From an uncultured Bacilli bacterium (GTDB lineage Bacteria; Bacillota_I; Bacilli_A; RF39; UBA660): 33,699 nt of DNA. Below are positions 18,701 to 26,754 of the stretch, piece by piece. The stretch lies in the NCBI GenBank assembly GCA_947594705.1, contig CANQEG010000003.1, positions 1-33,699 of the forward strand, given 5' to 3'. The notes beneath the pieces were generated by a model. It was given only the letters and a program-made list of their open reading frames with translations. It did not search any database and was not told the DNA's origin. The position numbers and the translations under genes were made by a program. Each line of letters opens with the position of its first letter. The stretch's first letter is position 1.

Positions 18701-18871
18701 AATTCGGTATTACATCATTTTACTGGAGATATTCCATTATCTGCAGCTTTGGGAGTAGATAGAGCTATCATATTAATTATCTTAAGTGTTATTTTAACTT
18801 TGATTGGTGGAATTATACCAGCACGAGCAGCTTCAAAAAAAGATCCTGTGGAAGCCTTACGAAGCGAATAA
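15704..18871 (+). CDS. Fused ABC transporter ATPase/permease (MacB/FtsX-like)
   Basis: GPSGSGKT, LSGGQMQR, ILADEPTG, VTHN; permease ERTKEIGILRAIGA and PVEALRSE; start placed at ATG 15704 after AGGAGGT. Confidence 0.93.
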   Translation: MLEIKHIKKEYNTDGFCQKALDDVSVNFRKCEFASILGPSGSGKTTFLNIIGGLDHYDSGDLIINEISTKKFKDADWDSYRNHRIGFVFQSYNLITHQSVLANVKLALTLSGISKKEATERAKKALKDVGLEQHINKRPNQLSGGQMQRVAIARALVNDPEIILADEPTGALDSETSVQIMDVLKKISKEKLVIMVTHNPELAEKYSTRIITLKDGKITTDSNPYDGKINTSEDLEISKKKKNKTKMKFFTALNLSFNNLMTKKARTILVALAGSIGIIGIALIMSVSTGFQNYVDSIQEETMTSYPLSINRESGDITSALLSLQPSEENKNTNIVVEQQNISSMLGSVSSNDLKSFKNYLEKNYEKVSNDISNVKYSYSISPNIYTIDVTKKIVKLNPSNLFTSLVGSNSLLSSTSSISSVYSEMVDNTSDIENQYEVLSGRYPKNYDEAIIVLSSKNEISDLLLYSLGLRDNDELTKMVTSIMNGETTDIKNEPLKFTYEELMNVDLRVVMPSDFYRYNNEYNIYEDMSANEEVLKKAYDEALKLKIVGIVCPKDGTMSSMALTPGINYTSELTKHILEYAKNSEIVKKQLANEEIDVFSGKSFTDTNKQFGFEFSDLVEIDTNLLQSAFGVNIDAQEMQKETEGYMTEIASKITTDITPAKDVFTKNLNTFTNEIFTEIDKEFTSNDISSIVNTYLSTKDVEDALNKMEQSYVIPKDTFKTTYQGLLQGLLEAYIAGYNEGMKLLNPAYVADENSKVVIMDEIKKQVIDAYLSSALILKTEEKMASVMTETVMKKDILTKVGELTTNFSNSLANAFHVDEQKLMSAFKLKYTEEELTRIISAMMTRTEASANSNLLSLGYQDIDDPTRISFYFTSFDGKENFMNFLDHYNDSVEEEKKISYSDVTGILMDSVKIIVNAVSYVLIAFVSISLVVSSIMIGVITYISVYERTKEIGILRAIGASKRNVSSIFNAETFIIGLLSGLLGIGISYLCIPVINSVLHHFTGDIPLSAALGVDRAIILIILSVILTLIGGIIPARAASKKDPVEALRSE

Positions 18872-18900
18872 GGAAAAGAAATCAGTTCTTTTCTTTTTTT
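18870..18900 (+). terminator. Weak AT-rich terminator after the ABC gene
   Basis: AAGGAAAAGAA-ATCAG-TTCTTTTCTTT followed by a T run. Confidence 0.5.
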
Positions 18901-18905
18901 CTGCC

Positions 18906-18913
18906 CATATAAT
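18906..18913 (+). promoter_or_regulatory. SigE-like -10 (CATATAAT) 5 nt before the yunB ATG
   Basis: CATATAAT-GAAGT-ATG with no Shine-Dalgarno; same motif as at 22247. Confidence 0.55.
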
Positions 18914-18918
18914 GAAGT

Positions 18919-19614
18919 ATGAAAGAAAAAATAAAAAAAATTCATTCTCTGAGACTTTGTTTCATTTTGATTTCTATTCTTGTCAATTTTATTTTTCTTT
19001 TTTCTTGGTTTAGTAAAAAGGCTACTCCAAGATTTACCCGAATTGCTGAATTAAAAATAAATGAATATATCGCCCAGACAACAAGTGATTTTAAAGTTTT
19101 AGTGGAAAATAATTCTAGTTCTCTTTATAAAATTGAGAAAAAGTCTAATGGAGAAATTGTTTCAATAGATTATGATATGGAAAAAGTTTATGAAATGGCT
19201 GATAAACTTACTTCTTCTTTAGAAACAAATTTATTTTCTTTTGATAACTTAAATCAACAACAAATGGAACACAAAGACCGAAAAATTATTTTATATTTAC
19301 CAATCGGAATTGTAAGTGATTCAGTTTTTTTATCACAATTAGGTCCTAAAATTCCTATTATGATTCAATTTATTGGGTCTATTTTTTCTAATGTAAAAAC
19401 TAGAGTAAAAGATTATGGCATTAATAATGCTTTACTAGAAGTTTACTTAGAAATTAAAATTACATATGAAATCTTTACACCAATTACCAAGAATGAAAAA
19501 ACGTTTTCTTATGAGCTTTTATTAGATTCTAAAGTGATTCAAGGGACTGTTCCTAATCTTTATGGAGGGTATTTAGAAAGTAAAAGTGCATTTTTTGATA
19601 TTTCCTTTCCATAG
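18919..19614 (+). CDS. yunB: Sporulation protein YunB
   Basis: N-terminal TM; NGEIVSIDYD, LPIG...FLSQLGPKIP, YGINN, VIQGTVPNLY. Confidence 0.88.
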   Translation: MKEKIKKIHSLRLCFILISILVNFIFLFSWFSKKATPRFTRIAELKINEYIAQTTSDFKVLVENNSSSLYKIEKKSNGEIVSIDYDMEKVYEMADKLTSSLETNLFSFDNLNQQQMEHKDRKIILYLPIGIVSDSVFLSQLGPKIPIMIQFIGSIFSNVKTRVKDYGINNALLEVYLEIKITYEIFTPITKNEKTFSYELLLDSKVIQGTVPNLYGGYLESKSAFFDISFP

Positions 19615-19638
19615 ATTTTGTGATATGATGATACTAGG

Positions 19639-20472
19639 GTGAGTTCTATGATAGGTAATCCATTCATAAATGAAGTATTATCAAAAGCAATAGAAAATTA
19701 TTTAAAATATAAAGATAAACCAGAAGAACCTATTTTCTTTTCTTTTCCAGTGCAAGTAATTAAAACCCTTGTCTTTATTTATGGTGAATTAGATATTATC
19801 AATCCTTATATCACTCATAATGAACACAACATGGGGGGATTTAATAGTAATTTATCTAAATATGGATTTCCTTTAGAGAAAGTAAATCATTTTAATCAAT
19901 TATTTTTAGAATTTCAAAAAGAACTTCAAGAGAATCAATTTCCTAATTTGGCTGTTATTCAAATACAAAAATATTTAATTGATATGTATTTTGAAAAATT
20001 ACATACGATGCATAAAAATGGTGAAGATGAAGAAGCATTTTGTAGTTATTTATATTTAGAAAGTAATCAAAATCCTTATATTATAGGGGATCGTAATCGC
20101 TTTATCAAAGATCCAAGTGAATTAACCAAATATTATCAAAGTGTATCGTTTGAAAAAAAGCATGAGTTTGCGTTAGAAGAATTAAGAAGAAATACGTTAA
20201 TTCCGGATGCTTATTTGTTATGTGGTTATAATTTAGCACAGATAGAATCTTTAAATGATGTGGATTTACGAAATGTAAATGCTCAAATATATCAATTTTT
20301 TAAAGTAGATGCGAGTTTACCAGACCGAGATGAAATTTTACAAAAAGCTGTCAATTATTATCGAAAATATGGAAATCGGATTACAAGCGGTAATGGGTAT
20401 GTTGACTTTTTACTATTTGCAAGTATTTTTGCAACGGCTATTTTCGTGGCTGTTTTAATGATTTTTTATTAA
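19639..20472 (+). CDS. Hypothetical tail-anchored protein
   Basis: 277-aa ORF with a single C-terminal TM after SGNGYVD; TGATATGAT extended -10 at 19621-19629. Confidence 0.75.
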   Translation: MSSMIGNPFINEVLSKAIENYLKYKDKPEEPIFFSFPVQVIKTLVFIYGELDIINPYITHNEHNMGGFNSNLSKYGFPLEKVNHFNQLFLEFQKELQENQFPNLAVIQIQKYLIDMYFEKLHTMHKNGEDEEAFCSYLYLESNQNPYIIGDRNRFIKDPSELTKYYQSVSFEKKHEFALEELRRNTLIPDAYLLCGYNLAQIESLNDVDLRNVNAQIYQFFKVDASLPDRDEILQKAVNYYRKYGNRITSGNGYVDFLLFASIFATAIFVAVLMIFY

Positions 20473-20490
20473 TGATTTGGGGGAAAAACA

Positions 20491-20796
20491 ATGAAATATG
20501 TAACACTTTTAGAACAAAAATATTTAGTAATGAAAAATGAACGAGATGCTTTAGATGAAGAAGAATTGAAAAATAAATTTACGGAATATTTTTTACCTTT
20601 TGATTATATTGTTGGGGATTATGCTTATGGAAAATTACGTTTAAAAGGGTTTAATAGTAAGACAAATCCTAACTTTAAAGAAATTAATGATATTGATAAA
20701 GTAGAAGAATATCTACAAAACAATTGTGCATATCAATGTAAATATTTTATTTTAAGCAAAGAAAAAGAAGAAAAAAGAGGAAAATGTGTAAATTAG
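20491..20796 (+). CDS. yutD: YutD/DUF1027 family protein
   Basis: DYIVGDYAYGKLRLKGF and YL.NNCAYQCKYFIL. Confidence 0.85.
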   Translation: MKYVTLLEQKYLVMKNERDALDEEELKNKFTEYFLPFDYIVGDYAYGKLRLKGFNSKTNPNFKEINDIDKVEEYLQNNCAYQCKYFILSKEKEEKRGKCVN

Positions 20797-20807
20797 TAAA
20801 TTAGTGA

Positions 20808-20836
20808 TTGCATGTTTTTCTTATTTTTGTTATAAT
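20808..20836 (+). promoter_or_regulatory. SigA promoter
   Basis: TTGCAT, 17 nt, TATAAT with TG extension. Confidence 0.75.
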
Positions 20837-20862
20837 CGTTTTAGAATAGCGAGGGAATTATT

Positions 20863-21144
20863 ATGAATGAGAAAATAACGCTTACAAATCCAAATGGAGA
20901 AAAAGAAGAAAGAACTGTCGTATGTCATTTTAAATCTGTTAGTGATAGTCGTCCTAATATTAAAAATATTCCAATTTTAGTAGTAGATAAAAATGAACAA
21001 AATAATGGAAATGATGTATTAGAGTTTTTTTGGGAAAAAGATGGTCTTTATCAAGCAATTAATGATCAAGCTGCTTGGAGTGAAGTAAAAGGAATTTTTG
21101 TGAGTATGATAAAAAATACAATAGAAGTGGTAGGTGTTGAATAA
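20863..21144 (+). CDS. Small protein, possibly divergent DUF1292-like
   Basis: ITLTNPNGEKEE..V.CHF and LYQAIND.AAWSEVK pattern; TAATG coupling to the next gene. Confidence 0.6.
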   Translation: MNEKITLTNPNGEKEERTVVCHFKSVSDSRPNIKNIPILVVDKNEQNNGNDVLEFFWEKDGLYQAINDQAAWSEVKGIFVSMIKNTIEVVGVE

Positions 21145-22217
21145 TGGATAACATTATTTATTTAAATAAAGTAGAAGTAAATCGCGCTATTGCTACAGGA
21201 ACAAATTTAGCAGTGAAACCTGAGCAAAAATTAGCTGTTCAAAATTTAGCGAAAACATCTATTATTACTTTTCCAAAAACTGAAGCTCCAGCTGAAAATG
21301 TAACTTTAGCTCCTGAAGTTACGAATGAAGTTCCTGCTCCTTCAGTAGAGCAACCTCAAAGTGTACCAGAAGGACAAGCTCCTACTAATGCAGAACCAAC
21401 TGCAACTGATGTGGTTACACCACCAGTAGCAGAAGCTCCAACAGAAGGTGTAGCTTCCACTCCTGAAGTTACGAATGAAATTCCTGTGACTCCGGTAGAA
21501 CCAGCACAAACTCCTGATGCTGTTGCACCTGCAATGGAAATGCCAAGTGTTCCGACTCCAGAAGAGGCACCAACTACAGTAAATGAAATTCCTACTCCTG
21601 TTACGAGTGAAGCACCTGTAATGGATGTTCCAACCGCGATGCCTGAACCAACAGCAGAAGTTCCAACTACTCCAGTTATGGACATTCCTACAGCTCCAGT
21701 AGCAGAAACTCCAACAGAAAGTGTAGCTTCCACTCCTGAAGTTACGAATGAAATTCCTGTGACTCCAGTACCTCAAAGTGAACCAGAAGGACAAGCTCCT
21801 ACTAATGTAGAACCGGTTATAAATGAGGAACAATCCGGAGTAGAAGTAGTAGAGAATGAAGAAAGTATTACGGCAAAATTAGAAAAAGAATTGCAAACGA
21901 TAGATGATGAAATTGATGCCAAAATTGTGGAATTAAATGAAGAAAGAAAAAGAAGACATCAAGAAGTTGTTCAAAAATATGGAGCTGAAATAGAAGAAGC
22001 CAAAAAGAATATTATTGATTTTAAAAGTAGAGCAGAGGAACATTTAAAAAATGCTCAAGCTGCTGAACAAATTGCGATGATGGCCAAACAAAATGCGGAA
22101 GCAATAAGTCAAAATCCAGTCATGGATTTACCAACTCCTCCTACTGATGCACCTGTAATAGAAACTCCAAGTAATGAAATGACTTTAAATTTAACAAAAG
22201 AAGCACAAGCTGCTTAA
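21144..22217 (+). CDS. Pro/Thr/Glu-rich disordered protein with C-terminal coiled coil
   Basis: PEVTNE/PTE repeats over about aa 45-230, then a helical segment; no signal peptide seen. Confidence 0.8.
   Translation: MDNIIYLNKVEVNRAIATGTNLAVKPEQKLAVQNLAKTSIITFPKTEAPAENVTLAPEVTNEVPAPSVEQPQSVPEGQAPTNAEPTATDVVTPPVAEAPTEGVASTPEVTNEIPVTPVEPAQTPDAVAPAMEMPSVPTPEEAPTTVNEIPTPVTSEAPVMDVPTAMPEPTAEVPTTPVMDIPTAPVAETPTESVASTPEVTNEIPVTPVPQSEPEGQAPTNVEPVINEEQSGVEVVENEESITAKLEKELQTIDDEIDAKIVELNEERKRRHQEVVQKYGAEIEEAKKNIIDFKSRAEEHLKNAQAAEQIAMMAKQNAEAISQNPVMDLPTPPTDAPVIETPSNEMTLNLTKEAQAA
21354..21814 (+). repeat. Intragenic direct repeats: 44 nt (21354-21397 / 21771-21814) and 75 nt (21423-21497 / 21696-21770)
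   Basis: 42/44 and 72/75 identities by eye; CTCCTGAAGTTACGAATGAA occurs three times. Confidence 0.9.
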
Positions 22218-22246
22218 AGTTTAAGAAATAATCTTAAACTTTTTTT
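22216..22246 (+). terminator. Intrinsic terminator
   Basis: AAAGTTTAAGA-AATAA-TCTTAAACTTT perfect 11-bp stem followed by TTTT. Confidence 0.75.
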
Positions 22247-22254
22247 CATATAAT
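22228..22254 (+). promoter_or_regulatory. SigE-type promoter of the yutH-like gene
   Basis: ATA (22228-22230), 16 nt, CATATAAT (22247-22254); ATG 5 nt later. Confidence 0.6.
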
Positions 22255-22259
22255 GAGGT

Positions 22260-23189
22260 ATGAAAGAAATTATTTTATATGCGTATCATTTGGATGTTGA
22301 AATTTTAGAGGAACAAAAAGATTATGTAGTTTTTCAAATAGATGAAATTACTTACTATTTTACGAAAGTAAAAAGAACAGAGCAGGAATTTCAAGAGTTA
22401 ATGATTGTAATGAATGAATTATTACAAAAGAATGTTCCTATTTTTCCTTTTGTGTTAAATCGCGAAGGGAAATACTTAACGGCAGTTGATAACAATCTTT
22501 ATGTTTTAATGATGGTAACAGACCCTTTAAAAGAATATGGTTTATTAGATATCTTAAATTTTCAAAAAACTCTTACTTTAAATACCAATAAAAGTTCTTT
22601 ATACCGTAATACATGGGCTACTTTATGGAGTGAAAAAGTAGATTATTTTGAATATCAAGTTCATGAAATGGGGAAAAAGTATCCGATTATTTTAAATAGT
22701 TTTAGTTATTATGTAGGCCTTGCTGAAAACGCGATTAGTTATGCAAAATTTACGGAAAGTCATATTCCCAAACCCGTTCATTTACCGATTGTTTTATCAC
22801 ATCGTAGAGTAAAATACCCTAATATAAGATTAAATTATGCCAATCCTTTACAATTTATTTTTGATTTAGAAGTAAGAGATGTAGCGGGTTATATTAAAGA
22901 TATGTTTTTTAAAGAAGAAGAAAATGCGTATATTGATTTAGAAACGTTTTTAAAACTTAGAAAACCAGATTTATATAGTTTATCTATGCTTTATGCTAGA
23001 CTGATGTATCCTTCCTATTATTTTGATATTCATGAAAAAATTGTAGAATATCATGCTCAGGAGGAAGAATTGTTACCTATGATTGATAAAATCGACCAAT
23101 ATGAAATTTTTTTAAAAAAAGCTTACTATTTATTTCGTCAGTATGCCCCGATAGAGCCAGTAATGTGGATTATAAAAAAAGAATCATAA
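22260..23189 (+). CDS. yutH: Spore coat kinase-like protein, YutH/CotS/YsxE family
   Basis: W..LWSEKVDYFEYQ, SFSYYVGLAENAISY, LSHRR, NPL.FIFD...RDVA.YIK, LYARLMYP.YYFD. Confidence 0.8.
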   Translation: MKEIILYAYHLDVEILEEQKDYVVFQIDEITYYFTKVKRTEQEFQELMIVMNELLQKNVPIFPFVLNREGKYLTAVDNNLYVLMMVTDPLKEYGLLDILNFQKTLTLNTNKSSLYRNTWATLWSEKVDYFEYQVHEMGKKYPIILNSFSYYVGLAENAISYAKFTESHIPKPVHLPIVLSHRRVKYPNIRLNYANPLQFIFDLEVRDVAGYIKDMFFKEEENAYIDLETFLKLRKPDLYSLSMLYARLMYPSYYFDIHEKIVEYHAQEEELLPMIDKIDQYEIFLKKAYYLFRQYAPIEPVMWIIKKES

Positions 23190-23423
23190 CGATAAGTTAA
23201 TGACTCCTTTTAAATCAGGAACTTCTTCTTTTAAGAAAGCTTCTATATTATCTTTTAATGTAACATCTTGAAACCCACACATAGCACATGCACCAGTAAG
23301 TTTTACATATAAATAATCATCTTCATATTTTATAAATTCAATGTCGCCACCATCCATATTTAAAAAGGGGCGAATATCATCTAATTGTTCTTTAATTTTT
23401 ATAATTTTTTCCTCTTCGGTCAT
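23184..23423 (-). CDS. NifU/Nfu-type Fe-S carrier (YutI-like)
   Basis: IRPFLNMDGGDIE, LTGACAMC, TLKDNIE. Confidence 0.92.
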   Translation of the reverse strand: MTEEEKIIKIKEQLDDIRPFLNMDGGDIEFIKYEDDYLYVKLTGACAMCGFQDVTLKDNIEAFLKEEVPDLKGVINLSL

Positions 23424-23558
23424 AAAATCTTCCTTTCCTCTTTATTATAAAATGAATCAGAAGGGATGTAAAGAACAATTCAATAAAGGATTTGTTATGA
23501 ATCGTAAATTGAATTTTAAAAATAATTTTGATACAATAAAATAGAAAGTGATGTAGTA

Positions 23559-25139
23559 ATGAAGAAAATTTTTAATTTTATAAAAAATTATATGGTATAT
23601 ATTCTTATTTCTTTTGTTGTTTTAGTGTTACCTTTGCTGTTATTTGTTCTTTGGAATATTTTTTTTGATGTGTTAAAAAAAGAAATTATTGTGGAATTAG
23701 GAACGGAAGAACTTACTGAAGAACTCTTTTTTAAAGAGGGTAAAATTCCTAAAAATACTACGTTTATTACCGATATTCATAGCTTAGATTTATCTAAAGT
23801 TGTTGATTATGAAGTAGAAATTAAAATAGATGATAAAACGAAAGTGAGTATTGTACATATTAAAGATACTACTCCTCCCAAGTTAGAAGTAAAAGAAGTT
23901 TATGCTTATACCGATTATGAGCCAAAAGTAGAAGATTTTGTTGTTTTGCAAAGTGATTTTTCTAATGTTACTTTGGAAATAAAAGAACCAATAGAAATTA
24001 ATGAACTAAAAGATTACCCTGTTACTATCGTGGCCAAAGATGAATGGAATAATATAACTGAAAAAGAAACTATTTTACATATTGGGGTTGTGAAAACTGA
24101 ATTAAAGTTGGAATTAGGAAGTACATTAAAAAAAGAAGATTTTTTATACAAGCCTGAAGAAACAATTCAATTAGATGAGGAAAAATTAGGGGAAATTAAT
24201 AAAAGTGGAGTTGGAGAGTATTTTATCACAGTTATTTATGAAGAAAAAGAATATTCTTGTAAAGTGATTGTAAGTGATACTTTGCCACCTGAAGTAACCC
24301 TTAAAGATGTATCAATTTATGATGATGAAGAAAATGTTACCAAAGAAAAATTTATTGAAAGTGTAAAAGATGCGAGTGAAGTAACAACAGAACTTGTAGG
24401 AGAAATTACATATCATCAAATTGGGACACAAGAACTTACGATTGTCGCGACTGATGCGTATGGAAATAAAACGGAGAAAAAAGCCAAATTAAATATTGTT
24501 AAAGATACAACTCCACCCGTGATTTATGGTCTTTCTAATATGACTGTAAATAAATATACCCAAATAAATTTTTTAGCCGGAGTAAGAGCAGTGGATGAAA
24601 AAGATGGGACTGTAAATGTTTCAGTTAATTCTGGTAATGTCAATGTCAATAAAGCAGGTACGTACTATGCAACTTATTCTGCCAAAGATAAAAGTGGTAA
24701 TACCAAAACTGCTTCTAGAAAAATTGTCGTAAATCACGATCAAAGTGATACTATGGCTTTGGTAAATGAACATGCAAGTAAAGTGGGAAATAGCATTGCA
24801 GAAATAAATCAATATGTGAAAACGAAAATTGGGTATAGTAATTCATGGGGAGATAATGACCCAGTATGGTATGGACTTACGAATTTTCGAGGAAATTGTT
24901 ATGTTCATGCGATGGTATATCAAAAAATATTAGAGAAAAAAGGCTATCAAGTGCAATTAATTTGGACTACCGACCAATCACATTATTGGAATCTTGTATA
25001 TACAAATGGAAAATGGTGTCATAGTGATTCTACCCCAGGCAATAAACAAGAAGGAATTATTTGTGCTAACGATGCCGATAGAATTGCTATGTTGCAAGGA
25101 AGAGATTGGGATCATTCTAAGTGGCCAAAAGCAGAATAA
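23559..25139 (+). CDS. Membrane-anchored surface protein with tandem Ig-like (DTTPP) domains and C-terminal transglutaminase-like domain
   Basis: N-terminal TM; KDTTPP, SDTLPP, KDTTPP repeats; GNCYVHA / HYWNLV / HSDST Cys-His-Asp. Confidence 0.8.
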   Translation: MKKIFNFIKNYMVYILISFVVLVLPLLLFVLWNIFFDVLKKEIIVELGTEELTEELFFKEGKIPKNTTFITDIHSLDLSKVVDYEVEIKIDDKTKVSIVHIKDTTPPKLEVKEVYAYTDYEPKVEDFVVLQSDFSNVTLEIKEPIEINELKDYPVTIVAKDEWNNITEKETILHIGVVKTELKLELGSTLKKEDFLYKPEETIQLDEEKLGEINKSGVGEYFITVIYEEKEYSCKVIVSDTLPPEVTLKDVSIYDDEENVTKEKFIESVKDASEVTTELVGEITYHQIGTQELTIVATDAYGNKTEKKAKLNIVKDTTPPVIYGLSNMTVNKYTQINFLAGVRAVDEKDGTVNVSVNSGNVNVNKAGTYYATYSAKDKSGNTKTASRKIVVNHDQSDTMALVNEHASKVGNSIAEINQYVKTKIGYSNSWGDNDPVWYGLTNFRGNCYVHAMVYQKILEKKGYQVQLIWTTDQSHYWNLVYTNGKWCHSDSTPGNKQEGIICANDADRIAMLQGRDWDHSKWPKAE

Positions 25140-25145
25140 AAAAAC

Positions 25146-25174
25146 TTGCAATCAAAAGAAAAAACATATACAAT
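25146..25174 (+). promoter_or_regulatory. SigA promoter
   Basis: TTGCAA, 17 nt, TACAAT; RBS GGGGAG. Confidence 0.75.
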
Positions 25175-25195
25175 ACATTTAGGGGAGTGTAAAAA

Positions 25196-25960
25196 ATGAA
25201 AGAAGAAACTTATTTTACGCAACAAGATTTTCTAGAAGTGTTAATTCCATTATTAATGGAGAAAAATATTAGAAAGATAGAAGAGGAAAACTTAGAAAAA
25301 AAATTATATGATTATCGGTTAAATCCAAGAATTCGAACATTATTTGAAAATTTTCGTTTTGAAGATAAAAAAGTGATTTTAACTGAGGGAATTGAACAAG
25401 AAGTTTGTGACCAAAGATTAAAAAGAGAAAATGATTTATTAGTGTTTCAATATCCTAGTGAAGTGGATTATAAAAAAATAAAAAAGTATTATGGGGAATT
25501 TGGTGTGCGAAGCATTCATGAATTATCAGAAGATTTAAGTAAATGTATCAATTTAGAAATCAATTACCCTTATTTAAGAATTCATCGAAATAAACCTGAT
25601 GGACAATTTGTGATTGTTGATGGAATGAGTGAAAAATTACATCAAGGTTGGAATATTTTAACGGATGGAAAAATTGGCATTGTAAAGGATGTTTCTTTAG
25701 CATATCGTTCGGTAGCTTATGATAATCCTCAAAAAGAAAATGATTGGATTCGGTTATATGAGGCCAAAGCGATTTTATATTCGGTTAAAGAAGCTTCTTT
25801 TGTTACAAGACAAGGTTATGTAAATGATGAAACCAAAAGAGTAGAAATTTATACCAATGTGGAAAATAAGGATGCTTTACAAGAAATTGTCCAAGAATCT
25901 TTTCAAATACATGCCAAAGAAAAACCGTATATTAAAAAAATAGAAAGGAAAATTCGATGA
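25196..25960 (+). CDS. Hypothetical protein, paralog A
   Basis: 254 aa; shares motifs with the next ORF; ATGA overlap. Confidence 0.8.
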   Translation: MKEETYFTQQDFLEVLIPLLMEKNIRKIEEENLEKKLYDYRLNPRIRTLFENFRFEDKKVILTEGIEQEVCDQRLKRENDLLVFQYPSEVDYKKIKKYYGEFGVRSIHELSEDLSKCINLEINYPYLRIHRNKPDGQFVIVDGMSEKLHQGWNILTDGKIGIVKDVSLAYRSVAYDNPQKENDWIRLYEAKAILYSVKEASFVTRQGYVNDETKRVEIYTNVENKDALQEIVQESFQIHAKEKPYIKKIERKIR

Positions 25961-26742
25961 TAAAAGAAAATGTTACAACTTCCTTTACGGAATATCGGTT
26001 TGTAATTTTGTTATTTTCTTTGCTTTGTGAAGAACAAGTTCATCATATTCATTCTGTTGATTTAATGCATAAATTATTTGAATATCAACAAAATCCTAAG
26101 TATCGTTTTTTATTTCAAAATATGAATTGTAAAAATCAAATGATTGATTTAGATAAAGGAATTCAAACTGAAAGATTTTTATTTGGACCTGTAACTTGGA
26201 ATATATATCATCCAGAAAAAATTCGCTTGCATTATCATAAAGAAGATATAGATTTTACTTATTTAAAAGAGGAACTTGGTGAAGAAGGCGTTCAAAAAAT
26301 GCAAGAAATGGTGAAAGATTTAAGTAGATGTTTGTTATTAGAAGAACAAAAAGTGGAATTAGAATTACATCGAATAAATCCTAATCATGGCTATATTATG
26401 GCAATGTCTCCTTCCCAACAAAAGGGTTGGAATTTAATTACGGATGGAGATATTTTTTTAGAAAAAGATGTTTCGCAAGAAATGCCTCATGTTTATTTTC
26501 CTTCCATCGTAGATAAATTTACGCATGAGCAACTTCTAAATCTCAAAGCATATTTATATCAAGTACAAAATGCTACTTTTGTAACAGAACAATCTTTTTA
26601 TAAAAAAGACCGAAAAAGAGTTGTCATTTCTACTTTAGAAGAACAAGAAGAAACGTTAAATAACATCATTGCGAAATCTTATCTTCCTTTTGAAGAAAAA
26701 GAAACACCACAAGCAAGAAAAATTATTTTAAACAATGTTTAA
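25957..26742 (+). CDS. Hypothetical protein, paralog B
   Basis: 261 aa; GWNLITDG..KDVS matches GWNILTDG..KDVS in paralog A. Confidence 0.8.
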   Translation: MIKENVTTSFTEYRFVILLFSLLCEEQVHHIHSVDLMHKLFEYQQNPKYRFLFQNMNCKNQMIDLDKGIQTERFLFGPVTWNIYHPEKIRLHYHKEDIDFTYLKEELGEEGVQKMQEMVKDLSRCLLLEEQKVELELHRINPNHGYIMAMSPSQQKGWNLITDGDIFLEKDVSQEMPHVYFPSIVDKFTHEQLLNLKAYLYQVQNATFVTEQSFYKKDRKRVVISTLEEQEETLNNIIAKSYLPFEEKETPQARKIILNNV

Positions 26743-26754
26743 GAAAGGAGTTAT

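Noticed and set aside
21342-21833. Repeats as a CRISPR array; antisense ORFs of 163 and 125 aa
   Set aside because: Repeats are in-frame, coding and irregularly spaced; the antisense ORFs arise from Pro/Thr codon bias
23341-23544. Short ORFs at 23341, 18715, 18804, 24994, 28663, 30064 and 31204
   Set aside because: Overlap real genes or regulatory regions in other frames, without supporting motifs
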